DNA of 64,000 bases. Origin: Escherichia phage fDHCT2. The DNA lies in sequence record OR427838.1; one strand, given 5' to 3'. The first letter of the stretch is position 1. Each line of letters opens with the position of its first letter. The position numbers and the translations under genes were made by a program. Shown piece by piece: positions 59,669 through 64,000 of this stretch. The notes below the pieces were generated by a model. That model worked only from the letters and a program-made list of their open reading frames with translations. It had not been told where the DNA came from and made no database searches.

Positions 59669-59928
59669 TTAATTGTGCATTTGTTCTTTAACTTCTTTAT
59701 ATGCACCAACTGCATTCACGACCCCAGTAAAATCTGCTGTTCCGCGATAGAGATAGAAAGCAATTTCAGTCAGGTGATAGACTTCAAATTCTGAAAGATA
59801 AACGATAACGTCATAATATGCAACTTGACCCTGGACTTCGTTGAATGCTACATCAAAAATTTCATGGGTCGGAAAATTGATGCTTGAATAAGAATTTGTT
59901 TGATGTTTTGAGTAGTAACTTGTTCCAT
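59669..59928 (-). pseudogene. Frameshift-interrupted ORF (26 codons from ATG 59928, then about 65 further open codons in the -1 frame)
   Basis: ATG 59928 with SD GAGGA opens MEQVTTQNIKQILIQASIFRPMKFLM-stop; the -1 frame continues open (..HEIFDVAFNEVQGQVAYYDVIVYLSEFEVYHLTEIAFYLYRGTADFTGVVNAVGAYKEVKEQMHN) to a stop near 59669 without its own start codon. Confidence 0.3.
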
Positions 59929-59975
59929 GATAATGTCCTCATTTGTTGGTGTAAGGACATTATTACATGGTTGGT

Positions 59976-60569
59976 TCAGCTTGTAAACCGGTGATAGGGA
60001 AATTTTTCTTCTGAACAAGAACGGAGGTACCAACCATCCCCTTGTGACTTCTGCACAAAACCAGACTCAGGAACGAAAGCCCCAGGTCCAGCAAGGAATT
60101 TTGGTTTAAATCTATAGCCTTTGAGAGTCTCTTTTACATCGAACATAATCATAAGGTCAGCAAGCTTGTGTTGCATAAAAGGACCAAGATTGACCCCGTA
60201 ACCATGCGGATAATCACCCTGGTGACCAGTATGCACGGATATCCATTTGGAACCAGACTGATGAGTCTTGACTTCAATTCTTACGCCTTCCTTCGAAACT
60301 ACATCAAATGCAAAGGAATAAGGATTATCGTAATCTTCATCGCCACCACATAAAAAACCGGAGGTCCATTTAGCAATAGCTTGTTCAGCCATTGTAGCCA
60401 CCATACATCTTTGCATGACTTGCTCACGGTCCTGACCAGGGTCTTTACGCAATGAATACCTGGCAGTGTCTACAATCTTTTGCAGGGATTCGGGTGTTAA
60501 GTCTTCCTTTGTATAAAGAAAGGAGGGCATCTTTTTCAGATGCTCCCATGTTTTACTCTTCTGAATCAT
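59976..60569 (-). CDS. Hypothetical protein (197 aa); positional candidate for endonuclease IV (denB)
   Basis: ORF with SD GAGGTAAAAG; lies between ndd-side genes and rIIB where T4 carries denB; no motif-level confirmation. Confidence 0.5.
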   Translation of the reverse strand: MIQKSKTWEHLKKMPSFLYTKEDLTPESLQKIVDTARYSLRKDPGQDREQVMQRCMVATMAEQAIAKWTSGFLCGGDEDYDNPYSFAFDVVSKEGVRIEVKTHQSGSKWISVHTGHQGDYPHGYGVNLGPFMQHKLADLMIMFDVKETLKGYRFKPKFLAGPGAFVPESGFVQKSQGDGWYLRSCSEEKFPYHRFTS

Positions 60570-60822
60570 CTTTTACCTCATCGATACCGACGATTCCCCG
60601 GATATGAAGCTCGCCATAGTACAAACGGTCATTATCATCAAATGTATCAGAATCCGGGTCAGGGAATTCCCCAACAACTACTTCATCACATTCCAACCAG
60701 CCATAGTGAACATCACCTTCATGCTTGATGAGCTTACCGCAGTAAACTATTCCTGCATAATGGTGACCCCGGAGATTTGAAACTTTGATGCCACGGTCTG
60801 ACACATTGAAATGCTTAATCAT
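60553..60822 (-). CDS. Hypothetical acidic protein (89 aa)
   Basis: ORF with SD GGTGAATAAATT. Confidence 0.5.
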   Translation of the reverse strand: MIKHFNVSDRGIKVSNLRGHHYAGIVYCGKLIKHEGDVHYGWLECDEVVVGEFPDPDSDTFDDNDRLYYGELHIRGIVGIDEVKDDSEE

Positions 60823-60825
60823 AAT

Positions 60826-61023
60826 TTATTCACCAAAATAAGAGATACGAGTTGCCAGTACATGAGCATAAGCGCCCATCGCATCCAACTGGGCAATCAG
60901 TAACCCTTGTTGACGGATATCAAGAGTTTCAAAAACACCACCTTTAATAAACTCTTCAAGAGCATTAATTTTCAGGACCAGTTGGTCGTATTCTTCAATT
61001 ACACGTGCTTGGAAACCTAACAT
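60826..61023 (-). CDS. Hypothetical protein (65 aa)
   Basis: ORF immediately downstream of rIIB, preceded by UUCG hairpin and SD GAGGAA. Confidence 0.5.
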   Translation of the reverse strand: MLGFQARVIEEYDQLVLKINALEEFIKGGVFETLDIRQQGLLIAQLDAMGAYAHVLATRISYFGE

Positions 61024-61035
61024 AATTCCTCATTA

Positions 61036-61051
61036 GGAGGCCGAAGCCTCC
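61036..61051 (-). promoter_or_regulatory. Intercistronic UUCG-tetraloop stem-loop immediately upstream of an SD (identical to 22039-22054)
   Basis: ggaggccgaagcctcc followed on minus RNA by UAAUGAGGAAUUAUG; between rIIB stop and next gene. Confidence 0.55.
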
Positions 61052-61061
61052 GTTTATTGAT

Positions 61062-62030
61062 TTAGTATTTGTATTCGTTTGCGAACTGTTCAGTGACGTC
61101 TTCTAGAACTTCATAATAACATACACGCATTTTAGCATCACCGTAATCGACCGGAATACTAACAACATCACGTGGGTTAACTTTACACGAAACTACTTTA
61201 CAGCTTGAGTTACCAAAATGCCTGATATAGCTACGAGAGCAAACATGCAGACCTGTTGAACAAGTTACTTCGTCGTCATCATTTACACGCGAACGAGGCA
61301 TTTTAACTGGCTTACCTGGCGAGTTATCAAACGTGCCGGTACGGCAGTCGGTGTAATCGGAGTTAACTACCTTCCACGTAATAAAGTGGCCATCTTCAGT
61401 GATTTTGATATCGTTTGCAACCAGGAAGTCGAACAGACGCTGTACAGCTTTTTCGCTTGGGTTTTCTAACAGATTCTCAAGGAACGGCAGGTAGAATTCG
61501 AAGTCTTCACCATTTTCCATTGAGGTGATAATACGGTCAATCAACCCTGAACGCAATTCGATACCTTGATAAACCAGACGTCCACCTTCAATACGAACGT
61601 TACCTTTAACGAAAGCCTTAACAGCTTCTTTAATGGAAATCAGTTTAATCGCATCATCGAAACGAGATTCTTTAAGAGCCTGTACGATGGCATCAAAATG
61701 TTTGTTCTTATTAGTGGTATTCCATACTGTACGACCTTCAGTGATGGATACGAATTTAGAACTCGCATTCCAAATAATTTCAGGACGAGAACCACCAATA
61801 GTAGCTTCAACAGGAACTACACGAGGCTCGTTAGGAACTGTTACTTTGATATTTCCGGTAATAACCACTTGCGAACGTTTAGCTTCTTCAGCATTTTTCA
61901 GGACTTTACGAATGGTATCAACCGAAACACCATACCAGTCAGCTAGTTCTTGCTGGGTATAATTACCAGATTTATAGAGGGAAACTACTTTCTCTTGTTC
62001 AGATTTAGCCAGGCACTTAATATTGTACAT
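61062..62030 (-). CDS. rIIB: rIIB lysis-inhibition/membrane-associated protein
   Basis: 322 aa; strong similarity to recalled T4 rIIB (MYNIKCL, GNYTQQELADW.GVSVDTIR.VLKNAEEAKR, FEFY.PFLENLLENPS.KAV.RLFDFLVANDI). Confidence 0.9.
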   Translation of the reverse strand: MYNIKCLAKSEQEKVVSLYKSGNYTQQELADWYGVSVDTIRKVLKNAEEAKRSQVVITGNIKVTVPNEPRVVPVEATIGGSRPEIIWNASSKFVSITEGRTVWNTTNKNKHFDAIVQALKESRFDDAIKLISIKEAVKAFVKGNVRIEGGRLVYQGIELRSGLIDRIITSMENGEDFEFYLPFLENLLENPSEKAVQRLFDFLVANDIKITEDGHFITWKVVNSDYTDCRTGTFDNSPGKPVKMPRSRVNDDDEVTCSTGLHVCSRSYIRHFGNSSCKVVSCKVNPRDVVSIPVDYGDAKMRVCYYEVLEDVTEQFANEYKY

Positions 62031-62044
62031 AATATTTCCTTAGA

Positions 62045-64000
62045 TTAAGCCGCTTCCACGGCTTTCATGAATTTAACGATTTGAGCTACAGAAGCCTCGG
62101 TAATGGATGTTCCACGACGATACATGTAGTCCGAAACTAAATGGTAATCAGATTCAAACTGTACAGTCATTTTATCATTGTTACTTGAAGCATTATTGGT
62201 TAGCGTATTGAACGTCGTGTTACAGATTTTCTTGATAACGGAAAGCTTATCATCAGTGATATAACCATGGAAATTCATATAACGGAATATATCATAGAAA
62301 TTACTCAGACGAGTATATGCTTCAGACACCGGCTTGTCACTGAAATACTTAGTCATGAAACCAAGCTCAGGGAACTTAGCAATGATTTCAAGGTAATACC
62401 TTGCACGGGTATTACTACCAATGTAGTCATCAATATCTACCGCATCCAATGCTTCGGCATAAGCTTCTAATGTAGCTTCCATCAGGCATTCACATTGGCC
62501 TAACTTTTTAATCTTTTTGGCAATCTGAGGGCGAATGATATGGAATTCGGTAGCACCAATCAAATTAGCCATACGACACATGGTAGTGGTGTTGATGTCA
62601 AAGATACCATAAGCTTCATCCATTCCCATGATATCAGAACGACTACCAAACAATACGTACCCTGTAATTTCTTCTGCTTCGGCCGCAGTTAAGTACAGGG
62701 TTTCATTAGCCCAACGCCCGTCTTTAATGAACCAACGATAAGCACTTGGTGTTTTAGGACGAGGTTCGGATGAACGAACAGTAACCGGAATCCACGGCTT
62801 AACAATTTTATTCAGTTCAGAGACTTTATAAAAATGAATTGTGTCACCTTTAAAAAGTTCTTTAACCTTTTCGAGTTGTTGCATTTGCAGCATTGAATTC
62901 GGGTCGACAAAAATAAGGTCAGTTCCGTATTTAGGAACATTGTTCTCTTTAACAATTTTCTTAGCCGAAGCACTGCTGTCCATTGCCAGAGCCCAAAGTC
63001 CTCGAACTAGCGGTACGCGACCCTTTTCATCATCATAAACAACATGGATTTCTTTCTTATTAATGCCTAATAAACCACTAAGTCCTGCCACCGAAGAAGT
63101 ATTACCACTCGGCTTAATTCGTTTCAAACGTGGGTCTGAAACGATTTCATAAACAACGCCCAAATTAAGAAGGTCGTTTTGAAGTGTATATTTTTGATAC
63201 AGTTTTTCAAAGGTTAATTTTTCTGTAGTAAACAGGCTAGTTCCACCTTTTTTGGTAAGATAGTCACGAGCACTGTAACCAAGGTTAGAAAGGTCACGAT
63301 AAACATGGCGTGGATTATCAGATTCAACCCATTCCTTCGTATCATTTTTAAAGACCACCGCATCCAGTGCTTCGATACGGGTTGCGATATTTTCCATCGT
63401 ACGTTTATCAAGAGACAGCACTTCACGAGACGGAGCAATATCCAGTGAACCCATAGGGAACTTAATATAAACTACATCATGGCGAGTACGCATCCATGTG
63501 CCTTTATTATAAGCAGAATCCAATGGATAGACAATACCACCATAAACTGCATAAAGTCCTGAACGTTCGAAGTTGCCATAATTTGTAGTGGTTACAGGAT
63601 AGTAATCGTCAAATTCAGGGAAATAATCAACTTCAACACCGTCTACATCGCCAAGACCAATGAAAGGCCTCATGATATAACGAACTTCAGTTTCAAACTT
63701 ACGGAAATCCTCTTCGTCAACAGGAACTGTGATTTCGATACCCGTTTTATCACCAGGCTGCATAGGTTCTACGAAAGTAGGTTTAATCTGCGGTCCATCA
63801 CCGTCCATATACGCTACATATCCACGAACTTCGCCATTGTGCCATGAGGTGATATTAAACGTTTCGGTATAACTGAACGGAGATTTTGAACCAAGGCCAA
63901 AACCACCGATGAAATCGTTAGAAGCGGTTTTGGACGACGCGAAATAAGAGTTATACAAACCTGTTTCGTTTTCATCACCACGAATTTGGAAATCACTCAT
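62045..64000 (-). CDS. rIIA: rIIA protein, C-terminal 651 aa (5' end beyond window)
   Basis: Long minus-strand ORF open to the window edge, adjacent to rIIB as in T4; N-terminus not in window. Confidence 0.85.
   Translation of the reverse strand: MSDFQIRGDENETGLYNSYFASSKTASNDFIGGFGLGSKSPFSYTETFNITSWHNGEVRGYVAYMDGDGPQIKPTFVEPMQPGDKTGIEITVPVDEEDFRKFETEVRYIMRPFIGLGDVDGVEVDYFPEFDDYYPVTTTNYGNFERSGLYAVYGGIVYPLDSAYNKGTWMRTRHDVVYIKFPMGSLDIAPSREVLSLDKRTMENIATRIEALDAVVFKNDTKEWVESDNPRHVYRDLSNLGYSARDYLTKKGGTSLFTTEKLTFEKLYQKYTLQNDLLNLGVVYEIVSDPRLKRIKPSGNTSSVAGLSGLLGINKKEIHVVYDDEKGRVPLVRGLWALAMDSSASAKKIVKENNVPKYGTDLIFVDPNSMLQMQQLEKVKELFKGDTIHFYKVSELNKIVKPWIPVTVRSSEPRPKTPSAYRWFIKDGRWANETLYLTAAEAEEITGYVLFGSRSDIMGMDEAYGIFDINTTTMCRMANLIGATEFHIIRPQIAKKIKKLGQCECLMEATLEAYAEALDAVDIDDYIGSNTRARYYLEIIAKFPELGFMTKYFSDKPVSEAYTRLSNFYDIFRYMNFHGYITDDKLSVIKKICNTTFNTLTNNASSNNDKMTVQFESDYHLVSDYMYRRGTSITEASVAQIVKFMKAVEAA

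Noticed and set aside
59848-60033. 61-aa ORF as called by the track (start upstream of 59928)
   Set aside because: Its 5' part overlaps the 3' end of the 59976-60569 gene and has no SD; only the ATG at 59928 has a ribosome-binding site, and it is better treated as part of the frameshift-interrupted locus.

Overview
This window is a contiguous 64-kb segment of a T4-like (T-even) myovirus genome, gene-for-gene syntenic with the T4 map from hoc/inh to rIIB/rIIA (rIIA runs off the window end). All gene calls rest on reading the six-frame translations against remembered T4 proteins and motifs; no database search was possible. In order: hoc, inh, uvsW, uvsW.1, uvsY, baseplate genes 25-26-51-27-28-29-48-54, alt, DNA ligase (30), a block of small early genes, rIII, 31, cd, pseT, a spanin pair, alc, rnlA, denA, nrdB, nrdA, td, frd, 32, 59, 33, dsbA, rnh, the long-tail-fibre operon 34-35-36-37-38, holin t, asiA, motA, 52, ndd, rIIB, rIIA. 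Late genes carry TATAAATA late promoters; minus-strand early genes carry T4-type early promoters (-35 GTTTAC, 17-18 bp, -10 TAnTAT) and UUCG-tetraloop hairpins/terminators. The strongest candidate for something new is at the alt locus: three tandem Alt-like ADP-ribosyltransferase genes with a shared N-terminus, unrelated central domains and retained catalytic motifs, with a NADAR/YbiA-like and a HAD-like gene about 2-3 kb away. Other points worth a second look: a Dam-like methyltransferase sitting between nrdB and nrdA; td and nrdB uninterrupted by introns; a frameshift-interrupted ORF; early promoters whose -10 sits inside inverted repeats; a sequence-identical UUCG hairpin-SD module at two distant gene junctions; a cluster of unannotated small hydrophobic peptide ORFs; and a gp37 with a C-terminal chaperone-like domain paired with a polyglycine gp38 adhesin.
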